From: Monocercomonoides exilis PA203
Taxonomy: Eukaryota > Protista > Preaxostyla
Assembly: GCA_001643675.2 (NCBI GenBank)
Contig: LSRY02000023.1
Span: forward strand, 1,054,001 to 1,118,000
Direction of reading: 5' to 3'
DNA: 64,000 nt
The translations under genes and the position numbers were made by a program. Position 1 is the stretch's first letter. Every line of letters begins with the position of its first letter. Below are positions 26,900 to 38,579 of this stretch, piece by piece. Below the pieces are notes generated by a model that saw only the letters and a list, made by a program, of their open reading frames with translations, did no database searches and was not told where the DNA came from.

Positions 26900-29607
26900 A
26901 GATTATCTTTATCCCAATAAAAGCGGAAAAGAAATATCAAAGATCAATTTTATTGAAAGTGAAGGAAACATTTGGATTGAATAATTACCTGTTTTGAGAT
27001 ATGGATCATTGAAAAAAGATGGTCATTATTATTATTTATGCGTTAACAGCAAATCAGGAATTGACTGTGGCTTTTCTGCAAGAAAAGGATCCCAGAAAAT
27101 TTCTGATCATGAATGTTCTTTGATGAACAAACTTTAATGTTGTCATTTGTTGAGCTGCGATCATCTCATCAATTTTCAGAGTTCACAACAAATTCAATCT
27201 TATCAACTCAACAAGATCAATTTGGGGGATTAATGGAGAAGTTTATGAGACTAATAAGTTACTGTAACATCGCGTTTTTGTCTTCATATTCAGTTGAGTT
27301 CAATTCTTTCATTCGAAATTTAATTCAAAAATCGCAACAAAATCCAACTCTTTCACCAAATATGATTTTTCCTCATTTAACATGTAGGAAACTGTAACAT
27401 TCATGAAACAGGAAGGAATAAGGAAAAAGAAAGAAAGAAATGAAAAGGTTGCAAATACGATGGCCGGAGTGATGATTGATGGAGGTGTTATTTCAAAGAA
27501 AAAATATACAGTGGTTACTGTTGTCCCTTTTAACTTCAATGAAAAATCAATGTTCTGGTGCTTGAAAAAATCTTGTACAACTTCAAAAGATTATTATGAA
27601 CTCGCAGTTGAAATATCGGAGGAGATCAGAGCAGTTTCATCTGAAGTCCGTTGTTTTTGTACTGATGGATTACTTCCTCAAAGGTTAGCAATGGAAAAGT
27701 TATCAAATATTTAAACAACAAAAAAGGAGACAACACAAAGTGTTTTCGTACCCCCATTTTTTATTTACTGTTGCAATCACATCGTCAATTTGGTTTTTTC
27801 TCACTTTCTTGATAGTGATCCATTATTTCAACAAATCAAAGAAAACATTGTTGTCTTTTCAAGATAAGCAAGAGCAATTGCTGTTAAAAATCCGACAATT
27901 CCAATATGTCCAGCGTTCGTTCAAACAAGATGGCTTTGCATTTCAAATATTTGCAATTTTATATTTAAAAACAAAGACAACGACTTTTTTGCCGACATTC
28001 TGAAAGACATCCCGTTAATTGAAGTGTTAAAGTTTGAACTGCTTTAACTACCTCTTCAAACATTACTACTTCAATTTGAAAACGAGTTAACAAAACTTGG
28101 AAATGTCTTTCCTCTTCTTCTCAAAGCATTTGCTCAGTACTATTGGATACTGGACCTAAATTGTTTTTCAGAAGAAAAATGGCAAAGAGGCCTGTGCTAT
28201 ATTATTATTAATCTATTCAATTACACTTAATCAGGTCAAAGAGGAAATACATTCGCCTTGGTTTTTTCTCTCACACCAATTGGAACAAAGCAATATCAAC
28301 AAAGTTTATTCAATTATTCGTATTCATCAGAATTTTTTGAATTGAATAAAATATCAAAGAATGAAAATTCAGATTTTTCATCACACCAAATATCATTTAA
28401 CCACAAACAATCAAATATAAGTGATAAATCATCATCTGTATCATCTGCAGATTCTGTTTTTCAATCAGTTTCAATATGTTCTTCTTCATCTGCTTCTCCA
28501 ATCTGTGAACATGGATCGTCAATTCAAAAAGGTTATTTATCGAATTCAATCAACAAACTGTTTCGAACGACTTGTGATTGTTCTCCGAAAGAATCCAAAA
28601 CGAGAGAAGAAAATATTTATTATTCCGATAAACAATCAAAATTTTTTGATCTCTTAGAACCTCCAGTCTTTTCTTCGTTGACTGTTGAAGGATTTTATGA
28701 TGCACTTTATCAGTATGAGAAAATAAAAATTAATGATAAGCACACGTTCACCACGGTTTCATCTTTGCTTCAAGGGAAAATTTTGGAACAGGAGGAGTTG
28801 TATTCGAGAAAAGACTCCTTATTGCCCCATTTTCAAATTCTTCAATGCATTGAATATTTGCAAAAAAGGAGTGAATATAAAGAATTTGATATGATAAATC
28901 AAGACAACGACGAATACGACGAAGATAAAGATTCAAATAATTTGTTCGAAGAAACATTTGTATTGAAGGAAGCTGAGGAATTTGAAGAAGATGATGTGTT
29001 TAAAACTTCTGTATTTATCGGAAAAAAAAGAAGATATATTGATCAGTCAGTGACCACGCGCTCTGCAAGTGAAAAAAATGACAATCACTTATCGAATGAA
29101 ACAAATATGGAAGAAGATATGGATAGAAAAAATGATCAAATGTTAATCGTTAGTGAAGAAGAAGATGTTATCGATCTTGGATCAAATGCAAAAATATCTC
29201 ACTCAAACATCAGCGATCGTGAACAAAGAATAAAAATTCTTCAGGATATCCAAAAAGTTATTTTAAACGATTGGTTTTTGGGTTTGAGAAGCGGATTTGA
29301 AGATCATGTTGCGCAAGTGCTTTCAAATAAAAGTCGTGAACTTCAAACGCAAATCGAGGCCTTATTCACAACATTTTTATTGGATAGAAGGCAAGCAATA
29401 ACACAAGACGATCCATTTGTATATTACACCGAGATTGGAAAATCAAGTCTCATTACTCATATTAATTCAAACATTTGTTTTGCCTTAGTTGCTTCGCCCT
29501 GCAGCGAGGCATCATGCGAGAGAGCATTCTCCAGAATTAGAAAAATTGTTGGTGACAAACGCCATTCTTTGTCACTTGAAACACTGAACAATCCGTTGTT
29601 GTTGTGA
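26900..29607 (+). pseudogene. Decayed hAT transposase
   Basis: Zn-finger-like C..C..H.C (~27040-27115), VMIDGG (D 27478), FCTDG (D 27664), CCNH = CxxH (27769-27780), and the C-terminal dimerisation motif SPCSEASCERAFSRIRKIVGDKRHSLS (E 29518). Stops and frameshifts, e.g. TAA at 27712. Confidence 0.85.
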
Positions 29608-30222
29608 ATCAGCATTTTCTTTGATAACAACCTTATTATCAACAGGTTTGCAATTGCATATTTTTTTGTTATTTATTATTTTCTATATCGAGATTTAGTT
29701 TTATTTTCCATTATAAACAGGAAATACAACAAAGCAATTTTTAAATGATAAATAATTTTAAATAACAAGCACTTGAAACATTTCAAAATCTTTAAAAGCT
29801 TTCCATATGAACCCATTTCAGACTATTTTGTCTTTTCAATAACCGTTTTACTTCTTTTAAGTTTATGTATTTTGAATAAAGCAGTTCACATCAAATGAAG
29901 ATATGTTTCCTTTTTTTTGCTCTTTTTAATCGTTTCGAATGTAATTGACTTTAAGAATTGTTTGTTGATAACAAAATTAATCTTTAAGGCTTTTTGATGT
30001 GGTTTAATAATTGAATGTCCAAGCATACGAACAGAAATGTTTTTGTGAACTCAAATTTCAAAGTATTATTCAGTATTTTATGATACACAACTGAATATAT
30101 TAAATTGAATGTGTTTTGTTCGTAATCTTGATGCAAGATAGAATATTTTATTGCTAAACAAACTTGAATAAAAAATTTAGCAATTGTTCTCGTTGGCAAT
30201 GCATTCTTGAACAAACTCATTT

Positions 30223-31720
30223 GGCATATGGTACTTATACGCCACCTTGCCAAATTAAAAATAAACTTTAGATCATATGTTTAAAGCACATTTGAAAAGA
30301 TTATTCAATTGTTAATTAGTGGAAAAATCAGATTTTATAGAAAAAAATTTTGATCAACCCATAAAAAAATTCAAAATAATTATGAACCAAATTATTAATA
30401 ATAATATTGATGAGTATATATATAATTCCAATACATTATCGAATGACAAATATTTAATCATTTGATGGAGGAAAAACATAATTTATTGAAGATTTTTAGC
30501 GATAATGGAGAAACCATGTAATGGCTTCACGACATTGTGATTAACACTGTCAGAAGATGCCCAATAGCAACATGTCGTTCATTAATGATTTTGATTAGAA
30601 GAAGCGAAGGAAAATGGTTCTTCAGATGCCGCAAATGCAGAAAAGAAGTCTCTTATAGAACAGGAACTTCGTTTTCAAAATCAAGGCTTTCAATTTCAAA
30701 TCTTATACTGATCCTTTACTTCTTTTACCATCATCTCAGTATTAAACAAACATCATCTCTAACATCATGCGAAAGACACTGTGTTTCTTATTATTATTGC
30801 ATTTGTCTGAGAACATGTGCCCAGATGATTGGTGGAATTCAAACTCCCATAGGAGGTCCTGGCCGCATTGTAGAAATTGGCGAAGCTGTTTGGAAAAGTC
30901 GAAAATACAAGAGAGGTTTTGATTCTTTATCTATTGAGACTTAATTATCAATTGAACTTTTTTATTAGGACGTGCAAAGATACAAATATGGATTTTCGGT
31001 GCTCAGGAACGTGGAGGAAATGCATTTGTTTACCCTGTGGCAAACCGATCTGCTTCAGTATTAATTCCGTTAATAAAAAAATATATTCGTCCCGGAACAG
31101 AAATTCACTCTGATCAATAGAAAGCATATTCTTCTTTGAGTGAGAATGGATTCACACACAAAACTGTCAATCATTCGGAGCTATTTGTTGGTTTTTTTTC
31201 CTTTTTTATTGTCTTTTTTCATGAAATGTTATTTTGCACTTATTCAGATCCAATCACAGGCGCTTGCACAAATCATATCGAAGCGTTGTGGGCTGCACTT
31301 CGAAAATTCCTTCCTTCACATGGAAAAACAAAAATAGAATGCAAGTATTTATCTATTCATTTTTGTTTTTCAGAAATCGAAAAGTTGATTTTTCCATTTT
31401 TGAGTCGAATGTGATAGAATACACTGATAAAGAATACAAAGCTTTTGAGGATGAAGCTTTTGGTCCAGAAGAAGAGGAAGAAGAGGCTGGAGCTGAAATG
31501 CTACACGAAGAAGAATCTTCAGAATCCGATTACGAACTTGAAACAGATACATCATAAGATGGAGCAGAGGATGGAGCTGATGCATCAGAATGAGAGGCTG
31601 ATAAATAAATACAGATTTTTCCACATATCATACTTCTTAAAATTAAAAAACGATTTGATAACTTTAATCATTTCTTTGTATTATAAAGATTTGTGAGGTA
31701 GCTTATAAGTACCATTTGCC
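30223..31720 (+). mobile_element. Merlin (IS1016/IS1595-related) DNA transposon, 1498 bp, nested in the hAT element
   Basis: 25-bp TIRs GGCATATGGTACTTATACGCCACCT vs GGCAAATGGTACTTATAAGCTACCT (3 mismatches). 8-bp TSD ACTCATTT (30215-30222) / ACTCGTTT (31721-31728). Confidence 0.92.
30465..31557 (+). pseudogene. Merlin transposase with introns, inactivated
   Basis: Zn ribbon CPIATC..CRKC, IGGPGRIVEIGE (D to G), RKYKRG, WIFGAQER, IRPGTEIHSDQ*KAY, HKTVNHS, DPITGACTNHIEALW. Introns 30916-30968 and 31191-31247 restore frame. 3' end uncertain. Confidence 0.9.
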
Positions 31721-32737
31721 ACTCGTTTAAGTTTTTTGTTGCAAAATGAATTAGTTCATTTTCTATTTATTCATTGCAAATGTTGATTCATTCTGTTGAT
31801 CGATATACTTTTTTTTTTCAAAGAACAAGCAATTCATATTCTGAAAGTTGTTGGTTTTATTCGTTTTTTTTATCACTCAAAAAGCAGGTTAATGCTACAA
31901 AACAAATTCCTCATTCATCATCTAAAATTTTAAAAACATAACAGAACAAAAACCGTAAAGTTCAAAGGCACTTTCAAAGAAGACATTTTTCTTTTGTTAT
32001 TCACACGATAAAACCATCATCATCGCCGTCCTTCTTATTCAAAAAAATATCTCATTGCTTAAAACAATTCAATAGTAATTTATTTTTCTTAAAAATTTGA
32101 GTCTTCAAAAATAATTGCTTTTTAATTCTCGAATTAGATTTAAAAAAAGGTTTTATTTTGATATTATAGATCTGTGAGTAATAAGGCTGCTTTAGCTGGA
32201 ATGAACGCAGATGGCGAAGTGATTACTGTTGTAAATGAACATTCATACATTTGGATTGCGATGAGAATAATGAAGGAACAATGACTTCGCCTGTTGAAGA
32301 GTCGAATTTGTAGGAGCTCCGGAGGAAAGAGTGAGGCTGATACTGCAAATGCGCTCTGTTGTCCGACATCGTATGAACTGAAAAGTGCTAAGCTTTTCCA
32401 GCTAAAGGCGTTTAACAAAAATGAACAGGAGTGAAAAAATTATGTGGCAGCATACGTATAACTGAAATAAAATTCACTCAATGTGGAAATGGGGCTTGCT
32501 TTACATGCGAATCTGATTTAAAAAGTGATAAACATTTTTTATATAATATAGCACAAGGATGAAAAAGCAATGCGAAAGATATAGTGGAAACAACCAAACA
32601 AACAAAAGATATAGAATATTGAGCACAAAAAGTCAGAAAAAAAATTGAAGAAGAAGAAGACCACTTTAACAAAGACGAAAAAGAAATAAGTTTATGCTGC
32701 TTTAGCAGCAGCAGTAGCAGCAGCAGCAGAATAAGAA

Positions 32738-32768
<31 letters not shown>

Positions 32769-32929
32769 AAGAAGAAAAAGAAGAAGAAGAAGAAGAAGAA
32801 GAAGGAGAAGGAGAAAAAGAAGAAGTAGAAGAAGAAAAGAGGACGATGAAGTTGAAAAACTTTTTTTGTTTGAGCTTCATTTCGATTTCTTTCGAGAAAG
32901 TTTTCATTTGCTTGGCTTGCTAAATGCTT

Positions 32930-34223
32930 CACTATCGTTGTCATCATCTTCTTCATCGTTTTCATCATCATCGCTATCTCTCTTCTCCATCTTCCTCGTC
33001 TCCTTCCTCTCTGCATTCTCTCTCCCTCCGAACTCGCCTCAAAAGGGCTGAATTCCTTCCACCCGACGCACGCTTTCTTCTTCACCTTGTCTGGAATCAT
33101 CACTTTTGGCGCCTCGTATTCAAATCTCCCTTCTTTCGAAGAGCAAAAAGAGCCGTCTGAAACAGGCGGGCGCGGAAGAGGGATCGGAATGAGCAGCTCA
33201 AATTCAACCAGAAAACACAAAGTTAAAAACGGGTGCGGATAGCAAAAGCGAACAAAAGATGTTTTTTTGGCTTTAGAAGGAGGGAAGTTATTGACAACGT
33301 TCATCTTTTTGCCATCTTTGCGTGGCATCGAAGAAGCTTTGCCTTTCACAAGAGGAATCGAAAGAGGCTTTTCAGACAGCATTTTGTGAGTGTTGTGCAC
33401 AAAGAAATGGAGGGTGCAAGAGAGGATGGTGACAGACCAATCATCTGAGGAGAAAAATAAAATATATAAAAAACAAAAAAATAAGAAGTTAATGTGAATG
33501 AATTATTGAACATAATCACTTCAAAAGCACAAACCGTTGTCTATCCCATTCTCTGCCAGTCTGATGTAATTCGCTTTTGTTCTCATCTGCTCAACGAGCG
33601 ATGCATCCATCTTCACGCAAATATTCTCCAATTTCAGTGTCAGCTGTACAACTTCAATTAGATTCACCAGGCGATTTCCGAAGAAGAGCGGGTGCTGTGT
33701 CACAACTGCATGAAGAGTTTGATGACCAGAAGGGAAAAGAGAAAGAGAGAGGGCGGAGAAACTGAAATCTTGGTTCCTCTCTTTCGTCTGTTCCTTCTCT
33801 GTGGTGCTGAGCTGCTCGCAGAAGTCGCTCCGCTCCCAAAAACTCTGATCCAGCCAGGATGAGCCAAAAAATAAAACATATTTTTATTTTGACAGATCTT
33901 CATTCTCAATCTCTTCTCTTAGTGTAGCTTCCCTGTCTTCTTCTCCTTCATAGTCATCATCATTTTCTTCTTCATTTCTGTCTTCTTCTTCATCATCTTC
34001 ATCGTCATTTTCATCATCTTCGTAGCTTCCCTCATCAGAACTTCTTTTCCTCTTCGATTTCTTTCGCTTCAAATGTGAATTTGTTCTTTTCATCAGCCTC
34101 CTCTTCTTCTTCTTCATTTGAGTTGCTTTCTAATTTGCTTTTCCATTTGCTGTTTTCTGCTATTGAATCTTTTCCTTTGTGAAAGTTTCGAATATCTTCT
34201 GCTTCTTCTTCTCCTTCTTTCAT
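32930..34223 (-). pseudogene. Nephrocystin-4 (NPHP4)-like gene fragment carried inside the hAT element
   Basis: Colinear blocks KYVLFFGS, HPLFFGNRLVN, LTLKLENICVKMDASL, TILSCTLHFFVHNTHKML, HPFLTLCFLVEFEL and CVGWKEFSPF resemble the recalled NPHP4 C2 region (LYHGT, PENLLVS, HLDDLFF, ILERRLRVGVHNG, HPAFAVIFQLEY, VRWAVWNP). Phase-consistent intron 33445-33519. Stops and frameshifts present. Confidence 0.6.
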
Positions 34224-34739
34224 TCAGAAAACAATACAAAAATTATAAACAAACAAAAAATAAAAAAATTAAAAAAAAAAGAAAAAATACACATTTTCTT
34301 TATTGTTTTGAAGAAAATGATGAAGGTGAAAAAGAATTCTTTACAAAAACGATCGAAAAGCATACGAAAGTAAATTATCTTCTGATTTTGCTGATGAAAT
34401 GCTTGAGATGCAACGAAAGGAAAATATGAGGAAGAGGAGGAGGAGGAAGAAGAAGAAGAAGAATAGAAAAATACTTATGAATGAGTTATTTTTCTTCGAG
34501 CATTTAAAACAACAACGTTAAAATTATCACTTTTAATCAAATCCACATCAGCAGCAAAGATATCTTAAAAAACTTCCATTCCAAATCATTAAATATAATA
34601 CAAAACAACAATCACTTTGATTCCTTTCATATATCTTCTCCAATTTTTCATTAATTTCTCATTTGTTTTCAAAACACAAAATAAATTATTATTATGGTAA
34701 TAAAAAAATGCAATGAAGTTTAGGAAACTTTGATATATA

Positions 34740-35189
34740 CAGTCTAAACCGGATATAATCACGTCGAATACAATCACATTCGTTTATAGTCACATTTTTC
34801 CATGCATCGACATTTTTTGCTTATTTTTCATTCTATTCCCATCACATATAATCACAGGGCTGAAAATATATAATCACATTTTTTATTATTATGTGTGATT
34901 TTTTCATTGAAAAATCGATTTTTTGATCAAAATCTCAATTTTTCGCTTTTATAAAAATGTGCTCAAATAAGTCAAAATAATATGTATTAATGAAAAAAAT
35001 TGATCAAGCAAGTGAAAAAAATGTATTTGTGTAGAATTTCCAAAAATAAAAAAATCGACCCAACATTAATTATTTAATAAAATAAATTTTTATTTTTTTC
35101 TGTGTAAAGCATCATCGTGTATAATCACAATCGGATATAGTCACAAAAAGTTGTGCAAAAACCGATGTGATTATATCCGGTTTAGACTG
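34740..35189. mobile_element. Tc1/mariner-pogo type MITE, 450 bp, nested in the hAT element
   Basis: 27-bp TIR CAGTCTAAACCGGATATAATCACRTCG (1 mismatch). TA TSD at 34738-39 and 35190-91. Internal TATA(A/G)TCACA subterminal repeats. Confidence 0.93.
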
Positions 35190-35514
35190 TACATGAATTG
35201 CAAAATTAAGGAAAAAACAATCTTTTCAATTTTTTCGACAAATGAATAATTTCTCGACCGACAAATTGAGCACAAAAAATGTGTATCGCAGAGGCGTAAA
35301 ACAAACGTTTGAAGTTCTTTTGAAAATCTTGCTTTTTTCATCTTTAAAAATGAGACAACAAGTCAAATATTAAAAATAAATTGAAAATAAAAAAAGAAAA
35401 TTTGAACAAACAATCATTTCGGAAAATGGGTATGATACGACCAGTGAAAAATTCATATCATAACGATTTCTTTTTCATATTCCTACCAGATAAATCATAG
35501 TTTAATGAAGATAT

Positions 35515-35754
35515 GGGTAATTCTTTTTGAAAAGTCGCAAATGTTTATTTTTCAAATAAATCAAAAATTTCATATTTTGTTCAAATATCTGTTTCCACTC
35601 ACGAATCTTCCTTTGAATGAATGAAATAGTTTAACGAAGAAGTGAATTTTATATAGGTGAAGTTTGGTGTATGTTAACAATAATTTGATTGAAATATAAA
35701 ATTTTTGATTTATTTGATAATTAAACATTTGCGACTTTTCAAAAAGAATTACCC
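35515..35754. mobile_element. MITE, 240 bp, ATAT TSD (Sola1-like by TSD)
   Basis: Perfect 33-bp TIR GGGTAATTCTTTTTGAAAAGTCGCAAATGTTTA, flanked on both sides by ATAT. Confidence 0.88.
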
Positions 35755-36230
35755 ATATAGTTTATTTTTATCATTAATTTTTACAAAGAAAGAAACTTAT
35801 TATTTTTTCAATTTTTGAATTATGATAAAAAAATATTTTTGTATTAAAGCCCTAATATCTTTATAAATAAAGCTAAAATGAAATTACTTTTAGGGTTAAC
35901 CCTAATTCATAGAGTTCTGTTGTTAAAACTAGTTAATAGGGAAAAAAAACCTAAAAGATGGCATGATTATATTAAATGATGGGCTTGATCAAAGATTTTT
36001 ATCTCAAAAAGATTGATAACGTTGGTAAATAATTAAAAAATTGAATAGAATTTAATAACTGATCTCAATTAATAAATTCGTTAAGCTCATTTTCAATACA
36101 TTTTTTGATATTTTCAAGAAAAAAATCATTACTGGCCGTATAATCCCCTTTTGCCATCATTTCATTCAAATGACTGCTCCATAAGAAATTTATGAATCAT
36201 AAATAAATTAGTTTTTTTTGTTAAATTATT

Positions 36231-37508
36231 ATGATCAATAAAAATATAATAGAGAACAAAATGACCAGTGAAATGGAAAAAGATATATGCACTGTTGGAC
36301 AGCTGAAAGTGCCCATTCAAATTAAAGAGTTTGCAGAACGGTTACCAGATGAACAAAGAACAAAATGCATGAGTTTATTTTCTTGCAGTGCACCAAATTT
36401 GCCAATGCCAACTGAATTGGACAGATTTTCTGAAACGCTTGGGGTTTTGGAAAAATTAGCATTTTGGAAGGCAGTGTCCTTAGTGCAGGCTCAGTCAACC
36501 AGTTGTGCACCGTTGGTATGTTTGCCTACTTCAGAAATAGTCAATTCTTCAATTAATCAAAAGCCTGCGTTTGAAGAATTGGGCAATTCGCACCCTGCTG
36601 CTAATGACGTTTTTGCCAAATCATCATCTACTTCAGGTGCTATCGTTCCAAAGAATAAATGGGAGTTAAGCTTTGTTGCTCCAATTATTGATGGAGAAGG
36701 CGTTCCTTCTGGGGAATACTTTTCTCAGCTGATGAAAGAAGAAAAGGAAATCATGAAAGAAGAGGGAAAAAATACTATATTTTCAAGATCTACAGAAGTT
36801 CAGCGCGAAGTTGCCAGGAAATCAATTGAGAATGGAAGTTTTCATGATGACAAATTTCTGGATGAAGATCAAAAGGTTGTGATCACAGAATTTAAGCGAA
36901 TTTGGGGAAAAGAGAGAGAAAGAGTAGCTTGCAATAAAAGATTCTGCCTCGGCAATTTCTGTTTTTCGTTGTGTTCAATTTACACATCAGTGGCGGGATA
37001 TGTTCTTGTATTGGTTGGAGGCATGCTATTTATAGATAATGTTGTTCCCGTAGGAGTTAATATTACTATGATAGTGGCAGGAGCAATCATTGCAATTGTA
37101 TGTGTTGTTTTACTGATTTGTTCATGTCGTCCAACAGGATTAAGCTCATTGGGAGAGGAGAGAGATTTGTCGTCACCAGGGTTTTGGGACAATTTAAGAG
37201 AATGGATGAAGCCATGTGTGAGACAAAGAGTGAAAGACTGGAGGAGGAAAAAGGAATGGAGATGGCTTTTGTCAAAGGAAGAAAGAAAAGAAGAAGAAAA
37301 GATCGACAAAGAAGAGGAAGAGAGAAAGAAAAAAGAAAAAATTGAGCAATTGAACAGAAAAGCAGAAATTGAAATGGAGAGGATGATGAAGATGCAAAAT
37401 GAGGCAAGAAGTGATGGAGGAGTAAGGAACATTCAAACAACATGTATATACGAAACTGTGGCGGCTGTTAATATCGAAACGGGAAGCATTTACAAAGACG
37501 AAGAATAA
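36231..37508 (+). CDS. Hypothetical 425-aa membrane protein (two adjacent TM helices, charged C-terminal coiled coil)
   Basis: Intact ORF. Hydrophobic segments IYTSVAGYVLVLVGGMLFI and ITMIVAGAIIAIVCVVLLICSC, with flanking Cys clusters. Confidence 0.8.
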   Translation: MINKNIIENKMTSEMEKDICTVGQLKVPIQIKEFAERLPDEQRTKCMSLFSCSAPNLPMPTELDRFSETLGVLEKLAFWKAVSLVQAQSTSCAPLVCLPTSEIVNSSINQKPAFEELGNSHPAANDVFAKSSSTSGAIVPKNKWELSFVAPIIDGEGVPSGEYFSQLMKEEKEIMKEEGKNTIFSRSTEVQREVARKSIENGSFHDDKFLDEDQKVVITEFKRIWGKERERVACNKRFCLGNFCFSLCSIYTSVAGYVLVLVGGMLFIDNVVPVGVNITMIVAGAIIAIVCVVLLICSCRPTGLSSLGEERDLSSPGFWDNLREWMKPCVRQRVKDWRRKKEWRWLLSKEERKEEEKIDKEEEERKKKEKIEQLNRKAEIEMERMMKMQNEARSDGGVRNIQTTCIYETVAAVNIETGSIYKDEE

Positions 37509-38579
37509 AATCAGAATTTTCGAGCAATTTATTAATTGCACAATTTTTTTTTGAATTTCCTTTTTTTGTTTTTAATTTTTTGTTTTTATTGAAAATTTAC
37601 AAATAGATTCGAATTTTTATGTCTATTTCCCCATTTTTATGCACCGAGCATTTATGAATTTTCTTTTATCTTTATTACTTTGTATGACAATTTATTATGT
37701 AATAATTGCTTTTTACGTGAGAACATGTTTGAGATAAATATTTTTGAGAGTATTTTTATTTTTAAGTTTAAAATTTTTTTTTTAATCTAATTTACAAATA
37801 ATCATTGACTTATTTGTTTTATTTCATCGAAAACGAGTTTTGATTTCATTTTTGACTTTAATTCATATTTATTTCTGTTGTTACAATTACACCTTGAAAT
37901 GCTTTTGAAAAAACAGTTTTTTCTTTGAAATGTTTTCATCCGAATTATTTTTTATTGAGCAAAGGATAAATAATCAATAAACATTGCAACAAAGATAACG
38001 GAAATAAATTTAAAATAGAAATAACCAATATTTCGAAAGCAGACTTGTTTGTAGATTCATATAAAACACTTCATTAAATACAAAACAACATCATTGGTTT
38101 TTGTAGTACGCTTTTCACAAGTGAACAAGACAATTTGCTCTCAACTCAACTTCTTTCATGTTTTATCCACTTTAATCATCTTTGTGACTTCTTCAATAAT
38201 CCGTGCAAAAAACGGCTTGCCATCTGCGCCTTCAGCTTCGGAAACCACGTTGATGCCTTCAGCGCATTCCAGACAGCCCCGTGAATAAACAGAAAAGGAG
38301 ATTTGCTCTTCAAAGCAACTGCGTTCAGAGACACGAGCGAATCAAGCAACAAATTTGCAAATCAACTGTTAGTAAATCGAATTCATCAGGTTTGCATACT
38401 GTTTCTGTTGCTCTTCAGAGATGAAAAGAAAACGTATTAATGAGATTATTGAACAAACATCATAAATCGATTGAGAATGAAAATCTGGAAAATAACGAAC
38501 ATCCACCTTGCGAAACTGTTTTGCATCTGTTGTTAAAGCTTTGTAGACTTCGGATTCTTAGGTGGGATTGTCAAACATT

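Larger units (their letters stand above)
26323..35298 (+). mobile_element. hAT-superfamily DNA transposon, ~9.0 kb, with cargo and nested elements
   Basis: Left end TTGGCCTCTGCGA; right end reverse complement TACGCCTCTGCGA. Identical 8-bp TSD AAACAAAC at 26315-26322 and 35299-35306. Clustered CGAC/GTCG subterminal motifs at both ends. Internal hAT transposase. Confidence 0.85.
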
